The notes: generated by a model not told the origin, from the letters alone. Positions 1 through 12,605 are shown, numbered from the stretch's first letter. The stretch: 64,000 nucleotides of DNA from Macrostomum hystrix (GCA_950097015.1 CATNEN010000001.1:2294001-2358000); one strand, 5' to 3'. A program made the numbers and translations.

Positions 1-440
1 ACATTCGCTGCATGGCTGCCAAACAGCGCCTAGTCAAAGGCCGCCAATCGGTGCGCACTGAGAAGATGGCCGCTATTGGGCGTCTGTTAGAATTCCCTGA
101 CTCTGTCATTGACGCCATCTCGCCTGGTCATTCGGCGAGGAAAGCAGCGGCCGCAGCCGCTCAGAGGCAGCGAAGCGCCGCGGCTTCGGCATCGCCTTCT
201 CGCCCCGTTGTCGCCGCCGCCGCTACCCCTGTTACCATAGAAACCAATTTAGCAGTTTCTACCGACAGTCACACTAAAGGTGATTCCCTACCCAAGTTGA
301 CGACTGCAGAACTTGTTGAACCAGTTGATGAGTCGTCATCGCAGATGTTGGTAGTTGTGCAGCAGCCAATGTCCAGTAGAATAGCGTCTAGTCCTGGCGA
401 TATTGAGCACATTGCTGAGGATGGCACAACTTCCGGCTGA
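1..440 (+). CDS. CLEC16A: 3' end of CLEC16A/ema/gop-1 homolog (partial, runs off window start)
   Basis: Frame 3 reads (H)IRCMAAKQRLVKGRQSVRTEKMAAIGRLLEFP. This resembles the conserved CLEC16A C-terminal motif HIRCxxAKQRLxKGRxxxRxxKMxxIxxLLxxP (recalled). A low-complexity tail follows, with stop at 438-440. Confidence 0.75.
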   Translation, partial: IRCMAAKQRLVKGRQSVRTEKMAAIGRLLEFPDSVIDAISPGHSARKAAAAAAQRQRSAAASASPSRPVVAAAATPVTIETNLAVSTDSHTKGDSLPKLTTAELVEPVDESSSQMLVVVQQPMSSRIASSPGDIEHIAEDGTTSG

Positions 441-994
441 TTTTTAATTGGTCTTAAAGTTCTAACGACGTGACTACAAATGTCGATAATTTTCGTTCGC
501 TCATTGATTCAGTGATTCGACCTGTTTTTTTCATATACCTTAGATTTTTTTTCTAGTCATACTTGACATACTGCATGGATACTGCCTTTCACTTTCATTA
601 ATTTGACTAATATTCCTTTCGTGTTTCATCTGCTTGCCAAATGATTGGATGTTTTATAATTTCTTTCTAATTATCGATTAACACAGACAGTAGTTTCATA
701 TACGGCTTTGTTAGTTGTGAAAAATAATCCAGTAACTTTTTGTAAATAGTAAAAATAAGGAACTGCCATTCACCACCCACTTGCTTTATTTTTAAATAAG
801 GTGCACGTTTTGCAATTTCCTAATATTGGTGACAAATAGTTTTTTTATTACTTCTCCATGTGTTTACTTCTAAAAAATAAACTCAGAATGCGTTCCATAA
901 AAGTTTTCTGTGAAATGAATCAATATAGTAGTCTTTTTAAAGTTCGATATTCTTTCTCCTTAGTATAAAGTTTTTGCACACGCTTTATAGTCAC

Positions 995-1990
995 ACTTAA
1001 GACTCACCCAATGTACACACCCACTCCAAGCCATACTTAAGCCTCACCCAATGTACACACCCTCTCCAAGCCATTCTTAACCCTCACCCAGTGTACACAC
1101 CCACTCCAAGCCATTCTTAACCCTCACCCAATGTACACACCCACTCCAAGCCATTCTTAACCCTCACCCAATGTACACACCCTCTCCAAGCCATTCTTAA
1201 CCCTCACCCAATGTACACACCCTCTCCAAGCCATTCTTAACCCTCACCCAGTGTACACACCCACTCCAAGCCATTCTTAACCCTCACCCAATGTACACAC
1301 CCACTCCAAGCCATTCTTAACCCTCACCCAATGTACACACCCTCTCCAAGCCATTCTTAACCCTCACCCAATGTACACACCCTCTCCAAGCCATTCTTAA
1401 CCCTCACCCAGTGTACACACCCACTCCAAGCCATTCTTAACCCTCACCCAATGTACACACCCACTCCAAGCCATTCTTAACCCTCACCCAGTGTACACAC
1501 CCACTCCAAGCCATTCTTAACCCTCACCCAATGTACACACCCACTCCAAGCCATACTTAACCCTCACCCAATGTACACACCCACTCCAAGCCATACTTAA
1601 CCCTCACCCAATGTACACACCTACTCTAACTTAACCCTCACCCAATGTACACACCTACTCTAACTTAACCCTCACCCAATGTACACACCTACTCTAACTT
1701 AACCCTCACCCAATGTACACACCTATTCTAACTTAACCCTCACCCAATGTACACACCTACTCTAACTTAACCCTCACCCAATGTACACACCTACTCTAAC
1801 TTAACCCTCACCCAATGTACACACCTATTCTAACTTAACCCTCACCCAATGTACACACCTACTCTAACTTAACCCTCACCCAACGTACACACCTACTCTA
1901 ACTTAACCCTCACCCAATGTACACACCTACTCCAACTTAACCCTCACCCAATGTACACACCTACTCTAACTTAACCCTCACCCAATGTAC
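995..1990. repeat. Compound minisatellite: 40-bp unit changing to a 34-bp derivative at about 1620
   Basis: Tandem ccctcacccaatgtacacacccactccaagccattcttaa, then ccctcacccaatgtacacacctactctaacttaa. Confidence 0.97.
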
Positions 1991-2087
1991 GTAGCCAATC
2001 TAAGTCACAGTTAACATTAAGACAGCCAAGAGCATATCAGCACTAGCATAAAAGAATATAAATTTTGCTTCTTACAAAACTTTTCAG

Positions 2088-5000
2088 TCTTTGCACTCTC
2101 ACAGCCAGCAGAACGGCTACGCCGACAGCTTTGGCTACGGCTTCAGCTTAGACTACGACGATAACTATCCGCATGCCGATCCGGAGGATGCCCTTATGCT
2201 AGAGCCGGCCGGTCAGGCGTTGACGTCGCCGTCTGTAAATCACGATGATGACGACGACGTGCCGCCGTTGCCGCAGTCAACAAGTCGCGACAGCCGGGAA
2301 GTTGACAGCGTCGTTGGGGCTGTAGACGACAATCAGGATGATAACGAAGACGATGACGGTGGTGAATGCTGTTTCTGCAATGCCAAACTGAACCTACCAT
2401 GCGGTGTCGACTGTTGCCGACCCACTGGTCAGCATCTGTTGGTGTTGACTGGTATTTCTGCTCTACTCGGCGGTCTAACATTTGGCTACGATCTAGGAGT
2501 CATTGCTGACGCTCTATTAGCGCTAAGGCCGCACTTTGGTCTTAGCTGTCCACAGCAGGAGCTGGTAGTTTCGGCCCTACCAATGGGTGCCTTTGCCGGT
2601 TCCCTGCTAGTCAGTCCGCTGATGGATCGTTGGGGTAGGCGGAGGATTCTTCGTTGGAATTGCGGTTTGTTGATTTTCGCCAGCGCAGTCTTGACTTTCG
2701 CCCCCGGACTGTGGCTACTGATGACTGGCAGACTGCTGCTTGGCATCGGCGTGGCCGTGTGCGCCTCTGGCGAGTGTCTCTACGCCTCCGAGGTGGCGCC
2801 AGCGAAGCGTCGCGGAGCACTCGTGTCGGCAAATGAGCTGGGCATTACGCTTGGTTAGTGTTTTGTGTCAGCGTCTCTGTGTTTTCTTTCCGCCCTAATC
2901 GATGAGAAAATTTCCGGAATAGCAGCACATCCGGATCGATTAGAAATTTTACAATTCTCATCGGGGTGTCTGGTGGCAAAAACAAACACATTGGCATAAT
3001 TTTTCTGCTTACAGAAATTCATCATGTAACCATGTCGGCTATTATATAATATGATATTGAATAACTTTATTATAGTCAATTAACAGTAGAACTACCAAGG
3101 GGGGGAATTCCCCCCGACAATTTTTTTGCTGCACCCGAACGGAACAATGCAAGCACACGATACTCAAGAACACGGGCCAACTTTTTGTTGCGCATCTTCT
3201 GAAACAAGAAACAAGTCGCCAGCTCTTCACACCGTCGAGATATTCAATGTTTCTGGCCGAAGGTCGGATTTTTCCCATAAGAGCTAGTGTATTTCATACA
3301 CCCCTATACACGAATTTGCACTGCGCCTCAGTGCGGCCTTGCCAGGCCTTCAAAACTTATCAGCATGTCACCCGAATGTGCCTGCATCATCTCCGTCTTC
3401 GGTAGTCACCTACCTTTATCTAGACAGACTGCTGGACCTTCAAGGGCTACAACAGCTGTAACTAAGCTACTATGGACACCCTGACGCGAATTTCTCAAAT
3501 TTCAATGCTCAAGCCAAAATATTAGGCGCAGCTCAACCACAGGACACCATCGCCTAGTCTGTCAACCAATCAGTCACCACCCAACGCTGTTAGCATTCGG
3601 GCGCTGCCAAAAAAGGGAAAGTCCCCCCTTGGTATAAAAACGGGCTGCAAAATGGCTTGGTAGTCCTACTGTTAATATAATACCTCGTGCTCTTTCTATT
3701 CAATGTGTTAATACAACATTTTTCTAACGTCGTTAACGTTTCAGTAACCATTCAAAATCATCTTTGAATAACGAGTCTCAGAGGGGGTGAGTAGCGGAGC
3801 GGTTAAAGGGTTTGCCTCTCGCACCAAGCTCCCTGAGCTCGATTCCGCGGCGAGGCCACATTCATTTGGGGCGCAGCCGCGGAAAGAAGGCTTGGGGACT
3901 TGTCGTGAAATTTACACCCTTGAGGGCCAACCTCACAGTACAGTAAGAGTGTACACTGCCTGTCGATGAGAAAGTGTGTGCCTGTGTGCTCAGGAGTCAA
4001 TGGAATGGGCAGAATTGCCTCATCGCTGGCTGGGGGTCTAGTGTCGCCAAACGACGTGGCGTTGCATAATGCTAGATGCATCATGAATGCTTTGCGAAGT
4101 CGACAATTAAAAGCGCCTTTGAGTTTGAACGACTGCTCAAGTGACAAATCTTTCCCTGCGATCTGGTGTAGATCTTTTCTCTCCTATTATCTTTCCAATA
4201 ACTCTTATAAACGTAACGAAAACAAAGCAATTGATAATCTGGTTGTTAAATTGTTCTCAACCACCGCCATACAGGCCTGCTATTAGCCTACGCTAGCGGC
4301 TATGTCCTATTACCCAACTGGCGCATATTATTCGCATTACCCGGCCTAATGGCCGTACTACAACTAGCCTGTCTGCACCCTTTGCCGCCTAGTCCCCGCT
4401 ATCTAGTAGCTGTTGGTCGTCGCCGTTTCGCCGAAACTGTTCTGCGTAGACTTCGCAGTGTTGATAATGGCGCTGTAGACATCACTAGCGAGTTGCTGGG
4501 CATCGAACGAGCGGTTCGTCTCGAAGCCGGTCGCAATGTTGGCGACCTGTTTCGTCCAGACTCGTCTGGTGGCTATAGGCGACGCTTTCTAATTGGCTGC
4601 AGCCTGGTACTACTGCAACAGCTCAGCGGCCAATCCTGCCTATTGTATTACGCGCCAACTGTGCTAATGGCTGTGGGATTTCGCACCGCCAAAGAGCAGA
4701 CACTAGCAGCCATGGGTGTCGGCGCTGTTAAGGTGAAATAAGTTCTTGCACTGCGACCAATAGGCTCGTAGATATCTTTACCACAATCTCCTCACGCGTA
4801 CTAAAATTTTCAATCGGATCTCTTATCCATCCTCACATAGGTGCTAAGCTGCATCTTCGCTCTAGCCTTTGTTGATCGCATCGGTCGTCGACGATTTCTC
4901 ATAGTCGGCAGCGCCGTAATGGCAGTCGCATTGGCCACTATTAGCGCCGTATCAGCCATTGACCAATCTAAAACTAGCGGTATCAGCAACTCCACCGCAT

Positions 5001-5563
5001 CGCCAGTTAGCATTTGCATGGAGAATTTCAACCACAACCTCACGGGAACCAATGCGTCGACTGCGTCAACTGCGGCATTTTCTTCCACAACCGCTGGCGG
5101 CTATGCATCCTTGGTTGCTATGCTAGTGTTTGTAGCGGCTTACAGTGCCAGCTTTGGTCCTGTAGCGTGGCTGGTGCTATCTGAAATCTTTCCAGCCAGC
5201 CTCAGGGCTAGAGCTATTGGCGCTTGTTCCAGTTTAAACTGGCTAGCCGGACTAGTAACTTCCGTGTCTTTCCTTAGCCTTCTACAAGGCATTGGGGCGT
5301 CTTTAACATTCGGTCTGTACTGCTGCATCTGCTGCTTGGCTGTGGCTTTCTCGGCTCTGTTAGTTCCGGAGACTAGCGGAAAATCTTTAGAACGAATCGG
5401 TCGAGAATTTGAACGTCGCCGCGGCGGCGGCGGTGGCGGCGGTGGCGGCTTTGGTCGATTCCGACAGTGGCTGTCTACAGCTGCTAGAAGAAGGAGTGAC
5501 GGCAGTAGATCTGGTGGCGATAGTCGCCAACAGCTACTATTGGTGCCTGTGCAGGAAGATTGA
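2088..5563 (+). CDS. Class III facilitative sugar transporter (SLC2A10/SLC2A12, GLUT10/12-like); exons 2088-2853, 4275-4732, 4841-5563
   Basis: Sugar porter motifs GGLTFGYDLGVI, DRWGRR, YASEVAPAKRRG, QQLSGQ..LYYAP, DRIGRR, GPVAWLVLSEIFP and VPETSGKSLE. GT-AG junctions keep the frame (CTT G|gt..ag|GC CTG; AAG|gt..ag|GTG). The 5' end is an acceptor (ttttcag|TCT); the first in-frame genomic ATG is at 2196. Confidence 0.9.
3084..3671. mobile_element. Non-autonomous DNA transposon (MITE-like) with ~16-bp TIRs flanked by TTAA
   Basis: ttaa|cagtagaactaccaag ... cttggtagtcctactg|ttaa. The internal ~330 bp recurs at 31255-31590, and a diverged end recurs at 16263-16325. Confidence 0.8.
3783..4065 (+). 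mobile_element. tRNA-derived SINE, family A
   Basis: Head has an A-box-like tagcggagcgg and a B-box-like gagctcgattcc. The body is shared with about 10 other copies in the window. Confidence 0.85.
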
Positions 5564-5685
5564 GTTTACATTGGTACTGAACACATTCCACAATGAGACA
5601 GTTTATTTGTGCAAGTCACATTAAAATAGACAGATAAGGACGGTCATTTTTAAGTAGTACACACTAATCTCAAAGAAATTTGAGA

Positions 5686-6470
5686 CCCCAACCGTCTCAC
5701 AGAGAACACTAACCCCAAAGACGCCTACCGTCTCACAAGAGTACACTAACCCCAAAGACGCCTACCGTCTCACAAGAGTACACTAACCCCAAAGACGCCT
5801 ACCGTCTCACAAGAGTACACTAACCCCAAAGACGCCAACCGTGTCACAAGAGTACACTAACCCCAAAGACGCCAACCGTGTCACAAGAGTACACTAACCC
5901 CAAAGACGCCTACCGTCTCACAAGAGTACACTAACCCCAAAGACGCCAACCGTGTCACAAGAGTACACTAACCCCAAAGACGCCAACCGTCTCACAAGAG
6001 TACACTAACCCCAAAGACGCCTACCGTCTCACAAGAGTACACTAACCCCAAAGACGCCAACCGTGTCACAAGAGTACACTAACCCCAAAGACGCCAACCG
6101 TGTCACAAGAGTACACTAACCCCAAAGACGCCAACCGTGTCACAAGAGTACACTAACCCCAAAGACGCCAACCGTCTCACAGAGAACACTAACCCCAAAG
6201 ACGCCAACCGTCTCACAGAGAACACTAACCCCAAAGACGCCAACCGTCTCACAGAGAACACTAACCCCAAAGACGCCAACCGTCTCACAGAGAACACTAA
6301 CCCCAAAGACGCCAACCGTCTCACAAGAGTACACTAACCCCAAAGACGCCTATCGTCTCACAAGAGTATACTAACCCCAAAGACACTAATCTTTTTACAA
6401 GAGTACACTTATCCCTTAGGACGAAAATAATTTCACAAGTGTACACTCATCCCAAAGACACCAACGGTCT
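5686..6470. repeat. Minisatellite, 36/37-bp unit, starting ~120 nt after the transporter stop
   Basis: Tandem aagagtacactaaccccaaagacgccaaccgtctcac, decaying at its 3' end. Confidence 0.97.
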
Positions 6471-7262
6471 CAAATAATTCGTCTCAAAAACTACGAACAG
6501 AAATCCTTGTTGAAATATAGAAGCATGTCAGCAACTGTGAAATGATATGTCAAAGAATTATCTAAGTCTGTGATACAAATATTCAACCATGAGTAAATAG
6601 AGGTAGTAGTAGTGCTTCATTGATTGTTCACATTTCGTAAAGTATGCTGTTAAACAGCTGATCTCATCCTATTTTATTCAATAACATTGCCCATTTCGAG
6701 ATGTGCTTAATTCTACTAACTACATTTGATGCGAAATCTCAAAACTTTTTGTGCGCAAAGTTTTATAAGTGAACGCTTTTCTGTCAAGTTGCCGCGTTTT
6801 TTCTTAACCCCAAAATCGAGTGCTGTTTGTAAATGTACGATTATATCTCGATTTGAATAGATTTTTACTCGATTAATACTCGAGTGTTCATTTACTACCA
6901 TGTTCGACAAAGCAGTTAGTTTTTGTTATTCTTTTTTCATTTAATCAACATAACTTGTTCATTATCGACAAAGAGTCTATAGGCTGTATTACCCACTGCT
7001 GCCAAAGATGCCAAATTTAGTAGCAAACTTGCCTTTCCAAGTCAGGGTAAATCTGAATTCTCCTCTTCGTCTTGTCATTGTCATAGACTTCGCCATTTCA
7101 AATCTAAGCATCCGCTTGCTTAACTATTACAATTCTTGCTTATTGCAGCCCCTCTGACTAAATCAAAAGTAAAACTGTCTGAAATAGACGGACGGGCGAT
7201 TGAGTCAGCTAGCGAGACTGGAATTTGGCTGCAACGGCTAAACTGTAATCAAACTGATAGTC

Positions 7263-9096
7263 ATGCCAACGCTTAAGAAGGCTGCTGACGGTCCTGTGGC
7301 AACCTCCAATGTTGCTAGGCAACGCTGGCGTTTGCTGTCTAGAGCTGTTGCCAATTTTAGCGAGGGCAAATCGGTTAGTCTAGCAGAACTGGACAGCCTG
7401 ACCACTGTGCGCCAATTCTGTCAATTCGGTCTATTCCACATCACCGAGCTAGCTGGCAACGGGCTTCAGGATGACTTTGTTGAACAGGTAGACTGGTGTT
7501 CTAGCACCAACTGCATCCCAAACCTGAGCCTCACACCAACTGCATCCCAAACCTAAGCCTCACACCAACTGCATCCCAAACCTGAGCCTCACACCAACTG
7601 CATCCCAAACCTGAGCCTCACACCAACTGCATCCCAAACCTGAACCTCACACCAACTGCATCCCAAACCTGAGCCTCACACCAACTGCATCCCAAACCTG
7701 AACCTCACACCAACTGCATCCCAAACCTGAGCCTCACACCAACTGCATCCCAAACCTGAGCCTCACACCAACTGCATCCCAAACCTGAGCCTCACACCAA
7801 CTGCATCCCAAACCTGAGCCTCACACCAACTGCATCCCAAACCTGAACCTCACACCAACTGCATCCCAAACCTGAACCTCACACCAACTGCATCCCAAAC
7901 CTGAGCCTCACACCAACTGCATCCCAAACCTGAGCCTCACACCAACTGCATCCCAAACCTGAGCCTCACACCAACTGCATCCCAAACCTGAGCCTCACAC
8001 CAACTGCATCCCAAACCTGAGCCTCACACCAACTGCATCCCAAACCTGAGCCTCACACCAACTACATCCCAAACCTGAGCCTCACACCAACTGCATCCCA
8101 AACCTGAGCCTCACACCAACTGCATCCCAAACCTGAGCCTCACACCAACTGCATCCCAAACCTGAGCCTCACACCAACTGCATCCCAAACCTGAGCCTCA
8201 CACCAACTGCATCCCAAACCTGAGCTTCAGTGAGTCAAACAAATTACACTGGTTTTTTGTAGATCTGGCAGCACGTCGACCAATCGGATATTCGCCTACG
8301 CTTGTTTCTTCGTAAACGCCTACCAATCACGTCCTGCCTGACGCCTAAGACGGGCTCCACAGACGATGGCAATAATAATGAAAGTAGCGCTTGCACAACT
8401 AATAAGTTTAATAACACTGGCAACATTTGTGTCTGGCCAAGCGAAGAGGTGCTGGCACACTATGTGATTGCGCAGGCCACACAAGGCACTCTGTTGCCAC
8501 CAAGCGTTGATGATGGTATCGCAGTTTGCGAACTAGGCGGCGGTCTAACCTGCCTAGCCGGCCTGGCAGCGGGTGCGATATTGAGGTCTCGTCTAAAAAG
8601 GCTATTGTTAACTGATGGAGATCAATTAGCCTGCGACAATGCGGCCAGGTGTTTGACAGCCAATCGGCATTTAATTATTCAGTCATCGTCATTATCAGAA
8701 TCTGAAGATGACGCTAGAGTGGTGCAACTATCCTGGGAGGATTTTAACAAACAGCCGCAATCAAAACAATATCAACTTGATGAGCGATTTCATTTAGTAT
8801 TGTGCGCCGACTGTTTGTTCTTCCGCGACTCGCATTTGTCATTGTTAAACACTTTAGATCGGCTTTTGATGTTGCCGCAGTCTAATTATAGCGGCGGTAT
8901 CGCTTTGATCTGCGCGCCTAGTCGAGGCTGCAGTGTGGACGCTTTCGCTAGCCTGGCCAAAGCGACCGGCTTTGATGTTCACCTGTCCGATTCGTATGAT
9001 GTTAGAGTTAGCCAGAAGGCGGCTACTGCGGCATCGTTTGTGCCTGATTTACACCTGCCTTTGATGCTCCGACTGACAAGGACTTCGTCTGACTGA
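7263..9096 (+). CDS. CAMKMT: Calmodulin-lysine N-methyltransferase; exons 7263-7487, 8263-9096
   Basis: N-terminal ARQRWRLL motif; FNNTGNICVWPSEEVLAHY; SAM-binding motif ELGGGLTCLAGL; LLTDG; LCADCLFF; APSRG. Phase-0 intron CAG|gtag...gtag|ATC. Confidence 0.92.
7503..8226. repeat. Minisatellite, 29-bp unit, filling almost the whole CAMKMT intron
   Basis: Tandem cctcacaccaactgcatcccaaacctgag, near-perfect copies. Confidence 0.97.
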
Positions 9097-9099
9097 GAG

Positions 9100-10418
9100 A
9101 GAAACGCTGGTAGATTTCTCAGAGATACACTGGTAGATTTCTCAGAGTTACACTGGTATACTTCTCAGAGATACACTGGTAGATTTCTCAGAGATACACT
9201 GGTAGATTTCACAGAGTTACACTGGTAGATTTCTAAGAGTTACACTGGTAGATTTGACAGAGATACACTGGCAGATTTGACAGAGATACACTGGCAGATT
9301 TCTCAGGGATACACTGGCAGATTTCTCAGAGATACACTGGTAGATTTCACAGAGTTACACTGGCAGATTTCTCAGAGATACACTGGCAGATTTCTCAGAG
9401 ATACACTGGCAGATTTCTCAGAGATACACTGGTAGATTTCTCAGAGTTACACTGGTATATTTCTCAGAGATACACTGGCAGATTTCTCAGAGATACACTG
9501 GTAGATTTCTCAGAGATACACTGGTAGATTTCTCAGAGATACACTGGTAGATTTCTCAGAGATACACTGGCAGATTTCTCAGAGATACACTGGCAGATTT
9601 CTCATAGATACACTGGCAGATTTCACAGAGATACACTGGCAGATTTCTCAGAGATACACTGGTAGATTTATCAGAGATACACTGGTATACTTCTCAGAGA
9701 TACACTGGTAGATTTCTCAGAGATACACTGGTAGATTTCACAGAGTTACACTGGTAGATTTCTAAGAGTTACACTGGTAGATTTGACAGAGATACACTGG
9801 CAGATTTGACAGAGATACACTGGCAGATTTCTCAGGGATACACTGGCAGATTTCTCAGAGATACACTGGTAGATTTCACAGAGTTACACTGGCAGATTTC
9901 TCAGAGATACACTGGCAGATTTCTCAGAGATACACTGGTAGATTTCTCAGAGATACACTGGTAGATTTCTCAGAGATACACTGGCAGATTTCTCAGAGAT
10001 ACACTGGTAGATTTCTCAGAGATACACTGGCAGATTTCTCAGAGATACACTGGCAGATTTCTCAGAGATACACTGGTAGGTTTCACAGAGATACACTGGT
10101 AGATTTCACAGTGAAACACTGGTAGATTTCACAGTGAAACACTGGTTTCTCAGAGATACACTGGTAGATTTCACAGAGATACACTGGTAGATTTCACAGT
10201 GAAACACTGGTAGATTTCACAGTGAAACACTGGTTTCTCAGAGATACACTGGTAGATTTCACAGAGATACACTGGTAGATTTCACAGAGATACACTGGTA
10301 GATTTCACAGAGATACACTGGTAGATTTCACAGTGAAACACTGGTAGATTTCACAGTGAAACACTGGTTTCTCAGAGATACACTGGTAGATTTCACAGAG
10401 ATACACTGGTAGATTTCA
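9100..10418. repeat. Minisatellite, 23-bp unit, starting immediately after the CAMKMT stop
   Basis: Tandem agatttctcagagatacactggt with variants; a block near 9150-9420 is duplicated near 9680-9950. Confidence 0.97.
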
Positions 10419-11344
10419 GCGGTGAAATGAGTCCCTTTTCTGTTTAAAAAATTACCTAATAGCTTGTACAATGAGATAGCTTGTAATTAGCCTTAGTTCT
10501 TTTGCGCTAAAGTTTTTGCTTTTACTCTCTCTTCTTTACTTCTTAGTTGTGTTGTTTTCTTATTTCCAGAAGTCTTTTATAAAATTTTCCTGACTATTTA
10601 TTCATTAAATGCGTCTGTACCGATTCCAAATAGTTAATATATAAGAGCTTAGACATCTCGACACTGTTTAACTAAAGTTTAATATTTTTCTCCTCAATAA
10701 CAAAAATTATATTTTTCGTTCAAATACGAGTTTAAAACAACGAAAATGCAATTGTATCCACATGCTATTGTGCAATACCATAATCTTAATCTTAATAAAG
10801 TACACGTCAATAAAAAACTCCGTTTTTTGTTTTTCTTTACCTCTGACGATACACACGAACCCTGTCTATGGCACCGTTTTATTAATTCCATTCCAAGCAC
10901 TTACCTTGTCCATTAGTTGCATATTTGTACCAGAAAAACCTTTTTCACCTTTTTAGTCGCTATATTTTACCGCTTTCTAAATATATTTATTTGTGTTACT
11001 GAAGACTTCGTTACATGTTAGATTCGAAATGCATAAATAACTTGAAAAATTATACTTAAACTTAAAAATTATTGCTATCCACTAAAGTTCTGCCGTGTTT
11101 AACTTCACTATAAAAAGGGATGAACCTTTTTAATTAATTTTTTTCTGTGTCACTGAGGCTTACGAAAAGTTTATTAGGATAATGTACTCGTGATGTTATC
11201 TCAGAAAATCGTAAAATAATAGCCTAGAAGTTTGGTACTGCTAGTAAACTAGTATATAATAATTATTTTAGCAACAATTCTGAGTTGTTTTCGGATTTCT
11301 AAAAATACAAATGGATTTCCTCGAAAAGCATAAATAGATAACGT

Positions 11345-12605
11345 CTGAAACACGGGTAGATTGCAGTCAGAAACACAGGTAGATTGCAGCCAGAAACACA
11401 GGTAGATTGCAGTCAGAAGCACAGGTGGATTGCAGTCAGAAGCACAGGTGGATTGCAGTCAGAAACACAGGTAGATTGCAGTCAGAAGCACAGGTGGATT
11501 GCAGTCAGAAGCACAGGTGGATTGCAGTCAGAAACACAGGTGGATTGCAGCCAGAAACACAGGTAGATTGCAGTCAGAAACACAGGTGGATTGTAGTCAG
11601 AAACACAGGTAGATTGCAGTCAGAAACACAGGTAGATTGTAGTCAAACACACAGGTGGATTGCAGTCAGAAACACGGGTAGATTGCAGTCAGAAACACGG
11701 GTAGATTGCAGTCAGAAACACGGGTAGATGGCAGTCAGAAACACAGTTAGATTGCAGTCAGAAACACAGGTACATTGCAGTCAGAAACACAGGTAGATTG
11801 CAGTCAGAAACACAGGTACATTGCAGTCAGAAACACAGGTAGATTGCAGTCAGAAACACAGGTAGATTGCAGCCAGAAACACGGGTAGATTGCAGTCAGA
11901 AACACAGGTGGATTGCAGCCAGAAACACAGGTAGATTGCAGTCAGAAACACAGGTAGATTGTAGTCAGAAACACGGGTAGATTGCAGTCAGAAACACAGG
12001 TGGATTGTAGTCAGAAACACAGGTAGATTGCAGTCAGAAACACAGGTAGATTGTAGTCAAACACACAGGTGGATTGCAGTCAGAAACACGGGTAGATTGC
12101 AGTCAGAAACACGGGTAGATGGCAGTCAGAAACACAGTTAGATTGCAGTCAGAAACACAGGTACATTGCAGTCAGAAACACAGGTAGATTGCAGTCAGAA
12201 ACACAGGTACATTGCAGTCAGAAACACAGGTAGATTGCAGTCAGAAACACAGGTAGATTGCAGCCAGAAACACGGGTAGATTGCAGTCAGAAACACAGGT
12301 AGATTGCAGTCAGAAACACTGGTAGATTGCAGTCAGAAACACAGTTAGATTGCAGTCAGAAACACTGGTAGATTGCAGTCAGAAACACAGTTAGATTGCA
12401 GTCAGAAACACAGGTGGATTGTAGTCAAACACACAGGTAGATTGCAGCCAGAAACACGGGTAGATTGCAGTCAGAAACACAGGTAGATTGTAGTCAGAAA
12501 CACGGGTAGATTGCAGTCAGAAACACGGGTAGATGGCAGTCAGAAACACAGGTAGATTGCAGCCAGAAACACGGGTAGATTGCAGTCAGAAACACAGGTA
12601 GATTG
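11345..12605. repeat. Minisatellite, 23-bp unit, ending ~38 nt before the MIPOL1-like acceptor
   Basis: Tandem agattgcagtcagaaacacaggt. Confidence 0.97.
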
